Shown: in pieces, positions 19,301 through 34,300 of the stretch
Layout of the letters: each line of letters begins with the position of its first letter
Position numbering within the stretch: the first letter of the stretch is position 1
Assembly (NCBI GenBank): GCA_947303145.1
Contig: CAMYXB010000001.1
Location: forward strand, 1-42,334
Origin: an uncultured Clostridia bacterium
GTDB lineage: Bacteria; Bacillota; Clostridia; Christensenellales; UBA1242
Length of the DNA: 42,334 bases
Reading direction: 5' to 3'
Program-made: the position numbers and the translations under genes
The notes under the pieces: generated by a model
Database searches by the model: none
What the model was told of the DNA's origin: nothing
Seen by the model: the letters and a program-made list of their open reading frames with translations, nothing else

Positions 19301-22300
19301 AGGGCGAATCCATTGCCATAGGAATTGACATAAATTCCGCTGGACTTGCCACCATCTAATGTGGATATATTGCCACTCATGGTGACAGACAAAATATTGA
19401 CAGATGTGGAGATGTAGTTGGGTGCGACATACTTGAGTGTGGTATATATAGCACCACCCTCATCGGCTATGTTGTTAGACATCTTCACTCTCTCGTCATT
19501 GACACTGTCTCCTAGGTTGAGAGTGCTGTTCTCATCTAGGAACACTGCTCCGCCATTGCCAGACAATACTTGGTTGCCTAGGATATTGCCTTGAGATATG
19601 GTCACGAGAGAAGTTGTAGAATATATCGCTCCACCATGGCTACTGGAAGTATTGCTAGTGATAGCGGACTCTCCTCCTATGGTGAGCTTGATGCCACTGG
19701 CGAATATACCTGCTCCCTGACCTCCCTGCTTGACATATCTATTGAGTAGAGATGTGTCAGTGGACTGCTCGTAAGTCTTGGAGTCATTGTCGTAGATGTA
19801 GTATTGATCTTTGACAAAATCCTCAGCGTCTATCTTGCCCACATTGACATAGCTCGGCTGACTAGATGCCAACTTATAGTATGTGACAGAGCTGTCCCAT
19901 TCCTCTGCTCTAGCCACTGCTCTGGCCACACAATATTCATATTCACTTATGGAGCCCACTCTCACAGAGTAAACATATTTTAGGAACTCTTCCTCACTTC
20001 TTATAGATTTCGGTGTGAGTGAGGAGCCAAGATAGTAGTTGCCACTTCCTTGGAACTTATACACAGGCTCATAGTAAGGCTCGAAGCCTTCGCCCATTTT
20101 CTTGACATACAATGTGCTCTCTAAAATCATGTCATTGGTGACATTGGATGCCACTTCATACACATAGCCCTGTCTTACCACATAGTATTCTGTGTCGGCA
20201 TCGTATGTGCTAGCTCTGTCATATGTCCCCGTCAAAGTATTCCACACGTAGTAATAACTGGAGGCGAAATCTCTAGATTCTTCCACCATGTTATACACTG
20301 CCTGTGCTACTCCATCTGTTATGGTGACATCTGTGAGTGACAGGTCTAAGTAATAGTCATAGTCTCCATCGGCATTCTCTGCTCTATAACTTCTGGCATA
20401 GATTGCTCCGCCAAGGCCTCCACCCGAGCTATTTATCTTGTCTCCTACGCCTGAGATGTTGCTAGAGAATGTAGCATGATATATGCTGACAGATGCAGGA
20501 GACAGGGTGGCACTCTCCAGCCCCTCGAGGATATACATGGCTCCGCCGTTCATGGCGAAGTTCTCGATGAATGAGACAGAATATGTGGCTCCGCTCTCTC
20601 CTATGGTCATGCCAAGTGTAGCAGAAGAGTATATGGCTCCGCCGTTGCCTAGGGCGCCATTTTGACTAAATGTATTCTCTCCTGTGATGGCGAGGGAAGA
20701 ATCTATCATATAGATCACACCGCCGTCTCCCTTGGTGTAATTGTTCTGGAATATATTCTTACTGCCAAGCGTTAGAGAGGAGCCCTCACCGGCATATATC
20801 ACTGCACCATTGACACCGACATAGCCGTTTACGCCAGTAGCTCTAATTTCACCGACATAGTTATTCTCAAAGTAAGCGCCTCTTACACTAACCTTAGCTC
20901 CTGATGAATAGATGACAGAGCCCTTGTTGAATGATGCATTGGCTATTCCTATGAATCTGCCACCAGTTATTTCGACATTGCTTCCTGATGGGGCAAATAC
21001 GAGAGAACTCACCTTGCTGGCCATATTGTCGTGATACACACCACCTTGTATCTTGGCTGTCGCTCCGTCTGTCAGAGTGACATGAGACATATACGTGCTA
21101 CCCACTTCGATGTTGGAATTGGATAGCTCAAAACTTGAGCCAAATACGACTGTTCCACCTCTCTCCACCTTAATAGCCACGCCAGTAGTTGATTCTGGAT
21201 ACTTAGCATCCAAACTCTGCAGAGAGAAGTTGGAATTTCTAAGTTGAAGAATAGGGTTAAGGTTGACATAATCAGTCCCCATTCCGTCAACATAGTTGCC
21301 AGTGAAGTATTCGTTCTGTATCTTTTGCTTGACTATAGGGTCCATATCACTTGGATAGCCGAACACGAGAGTATCCTTCTCACCTATTCTAAACAAATCA
21401 CCAGAGAACTGTGTGCCTGACATAACGTCTATGCCACGCTCGATGATGGTTCCGTCTCTGTATATATCGTCATGTATATTGTCACGAATAGGCACATTGT
21501 ATAGTGAGAAGGTATTCTTCCTTGTAGTGCTGTTGGTTATAGTTCTAGCAAGCAGGGTGATTCTCACACCGTTCATCTTATCGGTATTGAGGCTCCTATC
21601 AAGTCCTGGCTGAGCGTTGAATGTATACAAGGTCTCTGTGATAGAGAGTATTCCATTCTTAGGTTCGAAATACTTATAGTAGTTATCCTCATTCTCCTTA
21701 GTTTGCTCTAGCATATTGATGAGAATGATGCTGTTGTTGCTCGCCTTGAGGAGAGCATCTGCCAGAGTCTCATACACAGCCACGAGGTCGCCCTTTGCAT
21801 CAAGTTCTTGGAAATACTGCTGACTGATGACGAGATGTGTGGGCTGGGTGTCTGAAGAACCTGCCTTGAGAGTCTGTCCAGATGACAGAGGCAGATCGAA
21901 CATATACTTGTATATTGCCTTGAGAGTGGATAGAGTGCAATTGAGAGAGACGACTTTGTCGCCATAATCTTTTTTCTCTTTTTCCACTTGAGACAGGTCA
22001 GTATCGCTGAAGACCACCTTGAATCTCACCACACCTCCGTCAGAGGACACGAGTGCCTCGTTCTCTACATTTTGAGCAGCGACAGCGAATGCTGTGGTCT
22101 CCTTGTATGACAATTTGACAAGGTCGGTGATGTAGTCTATCTTGCACTTGAATATAAGTCCACGACTGGCCAAGCCGCCCTTATAGCTATACATGGCCTC
22201 ATAGTTGTAATCTAGCCAAATGCCTGCGAGAGACTTGTCCTCACCTTGAGAGAAAGTCGGCTCTCCGCCAAGTAGGACATAGCCATACTTGAGATACATG

Positions 22301-25300
22301 TTGAAGCCATCTCTATATTTCTCATCACCGCACTTTATGACATTGCCCTCTACTGTGCCATTGTATATGCTGAGCTGAGAGCCAGTGCTCTCTGTCTCTC
22401 CACTGACGAACAAGCCTGCACCTGTCCTGTAGATCAACACACTGCAGATTACTTCACCAGTGTCATCTTTCTTGTGTTCTACGACATAATGTATGCCATA
22501 AGCCATCTCGTTGTTTCTAATCTCGGCATTGGATATGGTGCCCACAGTGCCGAATAGATATAGACCTGCACCGCTGGAGTATGACTTGTTGCCACTAATT
22601 GTAGGACTGCCGTCACTTGTGGTGGAGGCAATGGTGAGTTCTCCACCCAACATATACACACCTCCACCTGAGCCTTTACCCTCTTCGTGATCAGTGGCTA
22701 GTCTTTCATCAGTCTCGCCATAATAGTTCTCTTTGTCTAAGTAGGTGTAGAGTGTGGCGATATTGCCGGATATTTCTCCAGCATAGATGCTTAACTTGGC
22801 ACTTTCGGCATAGATAGCACCGCCCAAAATGGAGCGATTGCTCGACAATACGCTGGCCCTTATCTCCACAGAGACGCCATTCATATACAATGCTCCGCCC
22901 TTGTTTTGAGCTATGTTGGAGGTGAATGTGGCCTTCTCTATGAGCATGGAGCCGGAGGAAAGATATATACCACCACCAAAGGAAGCCTTGTTAGATTCAA
23001 TACTTGGGCTGTTCTCTCCACTGCCTGTGATGGTGGACCTCTGTGAAGAAGCATAGAATATGGCACCGCCATATTGAGTAAGAGCGATAGGGCCCTCACC
23101 ACAAGATGAGATGTTGCTTGCACCAGAGATACTGATGGAGCCGGTCTCCACCACAGCGATGGCACCACCATAAGGAGCATAAGAAGAAGTGATGTCGACT
23201 GCCTCAAGAGAAAGTCTGCCCTGAGAGACATATATAGTCCCGCCATAATATGTGGCTGTGCTAGACGTAAATGCCACGCCGTTTATTCTGCTAGTCGTGG
23301 AGCTTGATGAGAAGAATATGGCACCACCATTCTCATTACCAATATTCCTTGCAAATGTAGTGTTGGACGTGCTGTCGCTAAGCACAATACTGCCACTGCC
23401 TGACACATATACAGCGCCACCCAAGAGAGCTTCGTTGTCAGAGATATCCACCACGTCATTGACGTCTTGGATATTCATCGTGCCACTTTCCACGAAGACT
23501 GCACCGCCATAGGTGGCTAGGTTGTGAGTAAGTGAGCCGGACTGAATGGTGAAGCTGCTCTTTTCTGCCACATAGACCGCTCCGCCATAGGTGGCAGATA
23601 GGTCGGTCAAAGTGGCACCTATTATGGTGAGCCCTGTGCTATCCTTACTCGCCACATACACAGCACCACCGCCATTAAATCCAGTAGGATAGACCACTGT
23701 GGAGTAGTCTTTGGGGTCTGTTATCTCTATGTATGAGGAGATGCTCGTCTTGTTGTAAGACAGGCAGACACCCTTGAATAGATTGACACTGCCTTTGCCC
23801 GCTATGACTATGATAGGAGCTGTGCCTCTGTCCTTATATGTATCCTTTTCTCCGCCATAGATATTGAATGTGGCTGTATTGCTGTCGTCATTGATATTAA
23901 GTGAGCCGAATACAGCTATCATCACACCGGCATAGTTCTCGTCTCTTATGATGCTGGCGTCATCTTCACTGACCAGCGTGACACTCTTGCCAGTAGGCAC
24001 CACTATCATGGAACTAGATGAGATGACTTGGTCTTTGGTTATGTGGATAGTATATAGCGAGCCATTGTCCTCATACTGCTCTATGGCATCTTTTATGGAC
24101 GCATAGTAGAATGTATTGCTCTCGCTATCTGTGACGTAGCAAGTGGAGTTGGTCATGAACACCTTTTCGCCTTCCTTGGTGAACACCTTGCTCGTAGCGC
24201 TGAATCTAGTAGGATTGGCCACCTGCTCATTGTCATATAAAGCCACGAGTATCCTCTCGCCGTCTTTGAGCTCCTCCTCGAGTTCGATGGCTATCTTAGA
24301 CGAGACAGATGTGCCATAACTCAATGCTGAGATGAACACCTTGGTGCCAGTGGCAAGATACACGCTGTCAAGGTTTACATCGTTGTCCACAATGAGAGCC
24401 TTGTCGGCTGTATTGCCTAGATAGATGCTGGCATAGGCTCTACTCTCATCTCGACTAATGGTGCCAGAGGATATGGAGAATGTCGCCTTGGATGAAATGT
24501 AGACATTGTCACCAGCGCAATTATCTGTGTTGAAGTTGGCTGTAATCATGGCATAGCCTAGGCTGAGTCTGGCTAGTGAGTCTAGATACACACCAGCACC
24601 TCTGAGCGCAGAGTTGCCATCTATCTTAAATCCTTGAGAAGTCTTGAAAAGGGCTTTGTCGCTGGCCTTAGACGCTGTGACAAAGAGTCCACCGCCATAC
24701 TCTATGGCTGTGTTTTCCTTAATCTCTACATTCTTGAGAGATATGGACATATCTTTATTAGAATTGACGTATATTCCAGCACCATTCTTGCTGGCAGTAT
24801 TGCCATCTATTATGCTTGGATTGGTGGATACTGCATTGCTCTCTAATGTGGAGGCACCTGTCATATACACACCTGCACCATACTTGGCTGAGTTGCTAGA
24901 GATGTTTGCACCACTTAAAAGCACTGCCTTGCCACCACTGACGACCATTCCGCCACCAGATTCTAATGCCACACATCCGGATACTTCGCCACCTATTCTC
25001 ACTGTGCCGAATAATGCACTGGTCAATCTGACCGCCATCACTCCTGCACCAGAATAGGCGTGATTGTCACATATCTTGCCCCCGCTTGCCAAGGTCAAGA
25101 GTCCGCCTGTGACATACACACCACCGCCATAGTAGGCATAGTTGCTGGATATATCACAGCCCTCGCTAAGCAATACAGAGCCTGACCTCACGTATAGTCC
25201 ACCACCGAGATAGTCACTGCTACTTATGGCAGATATTGTGTTGTTGCTGGAGATGGCTGTGTCAGAGACTCTAGATTGTCCCACCACCATATCAGCAGTG

Positions 25301-28300
25301 CTGTCTATATACACACCACCGCCCTGGCTAGCCAAGTTGTAGGAAATGATGGAGTCGTCACTAGATAGCAGTCTTCCATTGCCCTTGATAGCCACACCAC
25401 CGCCATATTTGGCAGTATTGGGCTCTGCCTCTGTGCCTATAACTGCGCCATGCAATACAAGAGCACCCTCGCTATACACACCGCCACCAAAACTTGTCGC
25501 AGTGTTGCCACAGATCTCGCCTGAGGCTATGACCAGCATGCCACGATTTACATATATTGCTCCGCCATTTTCTCTGGCTGTATTAGATGATATGCTCACA
25601 TTGTCTAGACTGCTGGCATATCTCTCGTCCTCGATAGTGCTGTCTATGTATATCGCACCGCCATTTGTGGCTGTGTTGCCAGTGATGACTATGTCACCTA
25701 AAGATTGAGCGGTCATATACACAGCAGAGTTGCTAGAGGCATATATTGTGCCACCTTTGACTGCAAAGTTGTCTCTAATTTCTGCCTTGTAGACATATAG
25801 GGAGGCATTGGAGTCAAGATAGAACGCTCCGCCCTTATCCATGGCTGTGTTGCCATAAATCTTTGCACCATCTACTACTACTGAGCCATTCACTATGTCT
25901 GCCACAGGGCCATTGTTTGCCTTGTGGTTATAGATATTGAGCATACTTGTCCCAGATGGTGAGAAACTGCTGTCGAAGTTGCCCTCTAGAGTGAGCTTGG
26001 CACCCTGCTTTGTGGAACTATCCACTAAGAAAGCGGAAGAAGCTGTGCTAGATGTATCTCCCACGATATTGAGAGGGACGAGCCTCACTTCTGCTAGACT
26101 TAGAGCCTTTTTGCCGAACTGGACATTGTTGCCAGAGACATTGAACATGACGCCATCAAAGCCATCTCCTCTATAGATGTTTATTTCACTAGCAGGAGTG
26201 GCGCCATTAGTGTCTGTAGCGCCGACAATGGTGACCTCTTTTGTCAGTTCCAGGGTCCTATACACATACATATCCCATTTGACTAGGATAAGGGCATAAG
26301 GAGCACTGTCTGTCACTGCGTCCTCTAGGCTGGAGTAATTGTCACCTCTTATATACTCGCCATCTACGTAGTCATATACCTCTATAATATCCTCTACAGC
26401 CAATTCATATTCGAGATATTTGCTATAAGTCTTGCCACCATTTAGTATCGTCCTATAAAGGTCGACATTGGTGTAAATCACGCTGTCACCTCTGCCCCTC
26501 TTAGCCACATGACCGCTCAAAAGCACCTCGTCAAAGGCATTGATGGAGTAGAGTCTGGCAGATGACACACTGCTATCCTTGAATGCGTCTTTCTTGACGT
26601 CCACTCTCCTAGGTAGAGAGACGAATGTGAGTGAAGATGAGCGGAAAGCGTCCACGCCTATGGTGACCAAAGTATCGCTATCCACCAAATGTCCCACTCT
26701 CACTTCCTCGCTAGGGATAGATGCGCAATTCTTGAATGCCCTATCACCTATGCTGGTGACATGAGACAGGTCAAACTTGGTCTCATCTGCACCCAAAATG
26801 CGCAGCCCTGTGGCCCCCTTGAATGCGTCAGCACCCACAGTGGTTATGTCTCCACTGGTGATGACTGCCTCAATATCTGTGCAATCTTCGAAGGCACCAC
26901 TGGCTATCTCTGTGGAAGATAGATACACTTTCTTAAGACTATTCATCAGAGTAGTGTCATCAAATGTATATAGCACTCTGAGATTGGAGGCGTCACCTGC
27001 TGTGTGACCTATGAATGGCAGGTGAATAGATGGGCTGGCTAGTCCATAGAAAGCCCCGTCTCTAATATAAGACACACTATCGCCCACAATGAGGTCGTCT
27101 AATGTGACGCCTAAGAATGCTAGAGGCAATATTTCTCCCGCAAATGATGTGAGGTCACACACGTCACTGGAGGACAAAGCCTCAAGGTATGTGTGCAGAT
27201 TGCCACCCTCATATATGATGCCGTCCTCTATCTTATATATGCCGTCCTCTGTCAATATGACGGAAGTAAGTGCTCCGCCGGACAGTGAGCCATATCCAAG
27301 AGTGAGGCCACTGACATCGAGATTGACCATAGTCAAGTGGTCGAGGTGATATAGAGCCATATCCTCTAGAGTGAGACCCTCCGCCATAAGACTGAAGTCA
27401 ATAGAGGCTATGCTGTCGTTGAGAGGGTTGTCGCTAAATGACACACTCTCTATGTCAGGGCCCATTGAGCCGTCTGGCAATATGGCGTGTCTAGGCAATG
27501 TGAGATGCTCGCCCTCACCTGTGAAGAAACTCAAAGCGTTATTATTGAGTCCTGTGATGGCCTTGTAGTCACTGCTATAGGAGAATATGAATGGATTGGT
27601 GTAGTAAGCCCACACTGCATACAATGTGACACTGCCCACCAATACGTGCTCACAGCCCTCTCCCACCTTCTCTCCAGCAGTCAAGAATATCTCCCCATTA
27701 GGAGTGAGTGACCAGCCGACAAGATAGGCGAAGAGGTGATTTCTATTAACCGAAGTGGCAGAAGTAGAGTCTGCTATCTCGATATTGGATAGCACGCTGT
27801 ATTGTGAGTGGATGGACTGCTCCTCGCTACTTGAGACGAAGCCCCCTATAACATTGTGTGTGGTGTTCTTGTTGTAGGTTATCACGAATGTCGCAGATAG
27901 GACAGGATAGAAGAACACTATGTCTGAGGATAGTGACTGATATCCAGATGCCTTCTCAAGTAGAGCACTGTCCAGCACAAGAGATGTGGTGTCTGCTGGG
28001 ACATCTAGTTCTCTCACTGTGGCGCCCTCTCTGGCGAATGACCAGCCTTGGAAGTCCACACTCTCCATTCTGTTCACCTCGAATGTGTCGCCGAAGACGA
28101 CAGATTTCGAAGTCTGTGGTGAGGTGAGGAATGTCAAGGTGTATGTCTTGCTATTTATCTGCATAATGGCATATTGATTGCCATTTCTAAGATTGACAGA
28201 GATGCTGTCTCCTGAGAATGTCTTCTCCTCTCCATAAGTGAGAGGTGAGAGAGCTGTGAGCATCTTGATGCTCCCCACTCTGTATCCCAATCCCGCAAAT

Positions 28301-31300
28301 GTGTTGAGCTCGCTCTGTGAGACAGATGCTATGCCGTCACCATTCTGTGAGACATGGACATCTGCATATTCCTTCAAGGTGTCGTCCTTGAATATCCTGA
28401 TATAGTTGAGGTCGAAGATGGCATATAGGTCGGTGTTGTCAAGGATGATAATCTCACTCCCGTCCTCAAATTCCACATTCTTGTCTATGACATCTTGAGC
28501 ATTGGACGAGAAGCCAATAAGATGTGAATATGACGGAACGGTGAAGCCGGTCATATCGTGACTATCGAGGGAGAAAGTCCCCTTGTAGTTCACTTGAGTA
28601 GGAGATATGCTTCCTGCATTGTGAATGGTGACAACAAAACTATTTACTCTGTATTGTGCATATAGTACCACCACAGCACCATCTGTGCTGGTGAGATTGA
28701 CAATCTCGCCATTTAGTGCAAAACTACTGCCCTGTCCGTCCTTTTGAGTGTTCCACCTCTCTTGTGTATAGCCGTTGGTGGAGAATCTCTCGCCAGTGAG
28801 GACTCTAGTCTCTCCATAACTTAGAGTGATGGGCTCAATGTTGCCAGACACTATCTCGCCTGTGAGATTGCTGTCGAATATCACTGTATATGTGTTGGCT
28901 CTCCACTCGCCATAGAGGGTGATGGTGTCACCATCTGTGGAGGAGAGGTTGTATATTCTATCGCCTATCTCATAGGCTGTGCCCTGTCCGTTCGCTTGAG
29001 TATTCCAGCCATCTTGTGTATATCCTATGGCTGAGAATGTGTCATAAGGCAGAGTGAAGTATTCGTCATAGTTCACCACGACAGGCTCAATATCACCTGT
29101 GGCGGTGGAGGAATTGGCGTTGAACTCAATGGTGAAAGTATTGGCTTTCCAGATGACATACACTATGACATCGCTCTCTGTCATGGCGAAGTAATCTCCG
29201 TCCTTATCCTTGCCCTCACTATTATATGTAACAGAGCCCGTCTGACTGAGGTCGAAGCCAGAGAAAGTGTATCCCTCTCTACCATCTAGTGCTGAGTAGA
29301 TGAGTGACAGAGCGTCTGCTCCATTGTGAGTGGTCATGACATCTCCCTCATATTGCTCAACATACACTTTGACCTTGAGGAACTGACCTATCCTCTCCAC
29401 TCCCTCTACTTCTATTGTGCTCGCACTGCTAGAAGATATAGAGGCGGTGTCGTTGATGTCAGCATAGAGATAATAGTATAGATTGCTCCACCTAGCATAA
29501 ATATCTACATCGCTTCTAGGCATAGCAAGTGTGCTAGGAAGGTCTATCTCATTGCCTTCGAATATATAATACCAGCCTCTGAAGTCTCTGCTCTCTTGAG
29601 TGAGAGTGATGCCTGATATAAGAGGAATGATGTCGGTCTTATATTTGACAGAAAGCACCACTCCGTCATCTATCTCATCACCAGAGACTGTCCCGCTAGG
29701 CACTCCACCCTCGAAGTGCAGATTGAGAGAGTATATAGCCTCTGTTATGACTATATTTTGAGTAGAAACTTTCATTCTATAATCGTCTTGCTTGTCCTCT
29801 TCCACATCGAAGTAGGAGTCCACTGGTGTCTGCCCATTGGCGAATGTGGCCACTCTCACTTCTTCCCCGCTTGCGGGATAACTGCTAGGGACAATGACCA
29901 TCTTGACACTGGAAGTGATGGCTGAAGAAATGGTGACAAATGCACCCTCCCCCAGAACTATTCTGTCCAGCATATCCACACTTCCACCGATGGACAAGGT
30001 GGAGAGTCTGTCGAGACTTATCGTGCCACGATTGCCGTCACTGCCGAATTCTCCGCCATTTATCATCACAGTGGCACGCTTTTGCTCGCTATCGCTACTG
30101 ATACTCATAGATGAGCCAATAGGGGCAGTGTTGAGTGAGAATTGTGTGGCGTCTAAGACAAGTCTGCCGGCCTTGATGGTGATGGCACCACCCTCTTGTG
30201 AGGCAGTGTTAGATGTGAACATGCTCCCTGACAGACTTATCTGCTGTAGAGATCCCTCATTGGATACATATATGGCTCCGCCAGAAGTGGCGCTATTACC
30301 CTCGAACTGGCAACCATCACTGGCTGACAGCACAGCATAGGAGCTGGAGGAAAGACCACCCACGTATATCGCTCCACCAAAGGTGGCGGAATTGGTCTTG
30401 AATGAGCAGGAAGAGATGGTGACGGCCTTGCAATTCTTCTCTAGATAGATGGCTCCGCCATAACCTGATCCGCCTGCTACATTGCTCTCGAATGTGATGC
30501 CACTAAATGACGACTCTCTGTTGCTGGCGTAGTATATGGCTCCGCCATAGATGGCCTCGTTGTCCTTGAATAATCCGTCATCGAGATTTGCTGTGATGAC
30601 AGCATTGCCTGTGGCATAGATGACTGCGCCATATTTTGCCTTGTTGTTCTCGAACTTGCTCTCGCCAAGGATAGACACACTGCCTGTGGCATAGATGGCT
30701 CCGCCACTCACTGCCCAGTTGGAGTCAAATGTCGCTCCGTTGATATTAAGCACGCCCTCGCTATAGACACCGCCACCCACACTTGAACTGGTGGAAGTCA
30801 TAATGGAGTGATTGTTCCTTATAGTCACGCAACTATTGAGTGTGACACTGCCAGTCTTTGCCACGTGCAAACTGCCGGCGTAGCTGGTCACATTGTTGCC
30901 GTCTATGGTCAAAGTAGATGTGGCGTTGTTGTCAAATGTGACGGAGGATAATATATCTATGAGATACTTGCCCTCTCCACTGAAGCCATCGGCTCTTTTA
31001 AGAGTGATGTTGTCTCCTGTAGGAAGTATGGTGACATCATAGGACAGAGTGAGCGTCCTATCTAACACAATATCTCTCTTGACTAGATATAGGCTGTCTC
31101 CTGCCCTGAGGTCGCTGACAGCAGAATATATGTCAGTGTAGTCGATGGTGATAGGATTGCCGTCTATCTCCCTGTATATATATGCCACTGCCACACCGAA
31201 AGATGCTGTGAGAGATATAGATTTGCCTCTCTGTATCTTGGTGAGGTCTATCATAGGATTGGCCTGGTCATATATCACAGAGCCAGTGGTCATAAGTCCA

Positions 31301-34300
31301 GTCAAGATGTGCTCAGGGTAGTTGAATATATTCCTAAAGTGGTGGAAACTAACCACGCCCTCTGCTCTACTGAATGTCTCAGTATATGTCTTGGTGATAG
31401 CATTGACTGTGATAAGCTTCCTGTATTCTCCCTTGCCTTCCACTGTATAGGTGGTGTCGGAGGACAACCCTTCTATGAAGGTGGCATCAACGCTAGAAGG
31501 AATCTTCACCTCCACACTCACTGTCTCCAGCTTGAATGTCGCCTCGAAGTAAATCTTCTTAATATTGTTCTCTCTGATAACAGATGATGCATTCACTAGG
31601 TCTCTCAAGGTGAATATTGTGCCATTGCTTATCTCTTCTATGCCCTCAAAAGCAACATATTCGTCATCTTCGTTCTTATATTTCGCCACCCATTTATCCA
31701 CCTCATAGTATGGCTTGATGTCACTGGCGACAGTGAGGGTGACACCGCTCTCTGCTGACAAGTATCCTGCAGACATCTCGCTCCCGTCCACGATGAGATA
31801 ACAATCGTAGTTTTCCGCTTTCCATTGAGCGTAAATGGTGATGACTTCATTGGACTTCTCGCTATCTGTGGTATACCATGAGGAGAGTTCGCCACTCTCA
31901 TTGTAGTAGGCGTATCTTTCCATCAGGCTGTAGCCGAATCTATCACCTGTGATACCGGAGAGGACTTCACTCAAAGTTTTCTCCTTGATATACACTCCAC
32001 GAAGAGCATGACCTCTGACATCGAGCATAGGCTCGCCATCTTTTATTATCTCTAAAGGCTCGCCATATTCGCCAGTTATAGCCCTTCCATCAAGGAATAA
32101 CTGTCCTCCATTGCCATGTATGATGATATTGTCTGCAGAAGGTTGCAGAGAGAGGAAATATCCGTCTTTGCTTCTAACTAGGCAATATACTGCAAGATCT
32201 CTATTATTATCATTATTATTTAGCGAGAAGCATCGAGAATATCTCATGAATGAGTTTTGGTCGGAGAACTCTATGACATTGTGCTTGCCCTCTTCCTCTA
32301 GTTTCTTCCTAAGAGAAGGGATATTGTCTAGGTCTATGTCTATGATTATCTTGCCATCTACGAGTTCTTCGCTGTTGAGACTGGACGACTTGACATAAGA
32401 GTGATGCTCGAGCGAGAGACCCTCAATATATGCTGTGCCAGATATGAAGAGCTTGCCATAAGAATCGCTCTGTCTTCCTGCCACCTTGATAGTGCCACTG
32501 ACTATGGTGTCTATGACTGACAAGGAGCCTGTATTGTCGACCAATATACTAGGCATATTGGAGAACATATCCTCTGTGGGCACTTTTTCTCCATTATCGT
32601 CACACACTCTCTCGTCCATATCCACGCCAGAGAGTGTGATGGTGGAATTGTTGGCGACAAATATATTGCTAGCTGTGCCACTAGCGCCCTCATTGTTCAA
32701 TATTTTGCCGAAACTGAGAGTGTTGGCGACACTGCTTTCAAAGTTCACACCACCTACACCTTGTAAGCCAATGTTCTCACTGATAGTGGATCCCTCACTC
32801 ATGAATAGGAGTGCTCCCCTCACTAAGTAGACACCACCACCCTTCACAGCACTATTGCCGTTTACGTGAGAATTGTTGAGGATTATCTTAGCATTATCCT
32901 CGGCATAAATGCCACCGCCACTATTTCCAAAGTTGTCGGTGATGGTGGAATTATTGATAGTCAAGGTTCCATTGTCGACAAAGGCAAAGCCACCAAAAGA
33001 TATTTGAACCCCTTCCTTACCATTATTCTTGATCTCTAGATTCTCATTATCTTCTTCATTTATGATATTCACCTGAGAAGCGTTTATATACAATGCACCA
33101 CCATAGTAATTGGTCTTAGTATCTTTGTTGTTATTGATGAGCGTCACATTCTCTATACTTGCTGTGGCGCTACTGGCAAATATTGCTCCACCACGATAGG
33201 CTATATTGCCATTAAAGGTGATGAATTGGACCGCTTCATTACTGCCGAACACATCACTATAAGTGTTTCCTCTGCTGTTGATGGTGAGTTGCCCCATAGC
33301 ATAAATAGCGCCACCACCGTAAATTTCTGGTTGAGATGCGTCATCATTGTCCTGTATGTTGCCCTTGAAATATCCTGCCCATACATATAGACTGGAGGCA
33401 CTGTATATGGCACCACCTTGATTGTTCGCCTTGTTGCCCACGAATTCCACATTGGTGGAAAGGGTGAGTGTGCCACTGGTATAGATAGCTCCACCTCTAT
33501 TAGAGGCTGTGTTTTTGCTAAAGAGAATGCTCTTCCCGCTATTGATATTTATAGCATTGCTGGCGTATATAGCACCGCCATCTGTGGCATAGTTCTCTGT
33601 GAACTTCACCGTCCCCAGTGTCAGACGAGAGGCGCTGGTGGCATATATCGCACCACCTAAGTGTGCGCTACTATCACCCTCCTTGTCCGCCTTATTATTG
33701 GAGAACAGGCAGTCCTCTATGCTGACCACACCGCCATCAATGTATATGGCACCACCATTGCTGGTAGATTCGTTGGACTCGAAGTAGACTCCGCTTAGAT
33801 TGAGGACTCCGCTCCTTGCCACGTATATGACACCTTTGCCAGAGTGGATACTTGAGAAAGTCCCACTTTGCGCATCGGTAGTTTTATAACTATATCCGCC
33901 GTTTATGTTGGCTGTGCCATTCACTTCAATCACTGCCACACCACTGGAGGTGATGACGCCACTGAAGATCACTTTGCTACTGGTATTGAGTGTAGCACCA
34001 GACTCGACTATTATGATTGGACTGCTAATATCCTTCGTTGATGTCCAGACAAAATTGTTGGTCGAATCAATATTGAGCGTGGCTCCGCTCTTGATGGTGA
34101 TTGTAGACGAGAATACCAATTTCCTATCATCGCCTTGTCCTTTAATGGTGACGGACTTGTTGACAGTGATGTTCTTTGTCACAGATGTCCCGTCCTCGGC
34201 ATCGTCTATGACCACTACCTTGTATGATGCCAGAGTCCTTGCGTCCACCTCATCGAAGGCGTCCTCTACACTCTTGAAATACAGATTATAACTACTTGCG

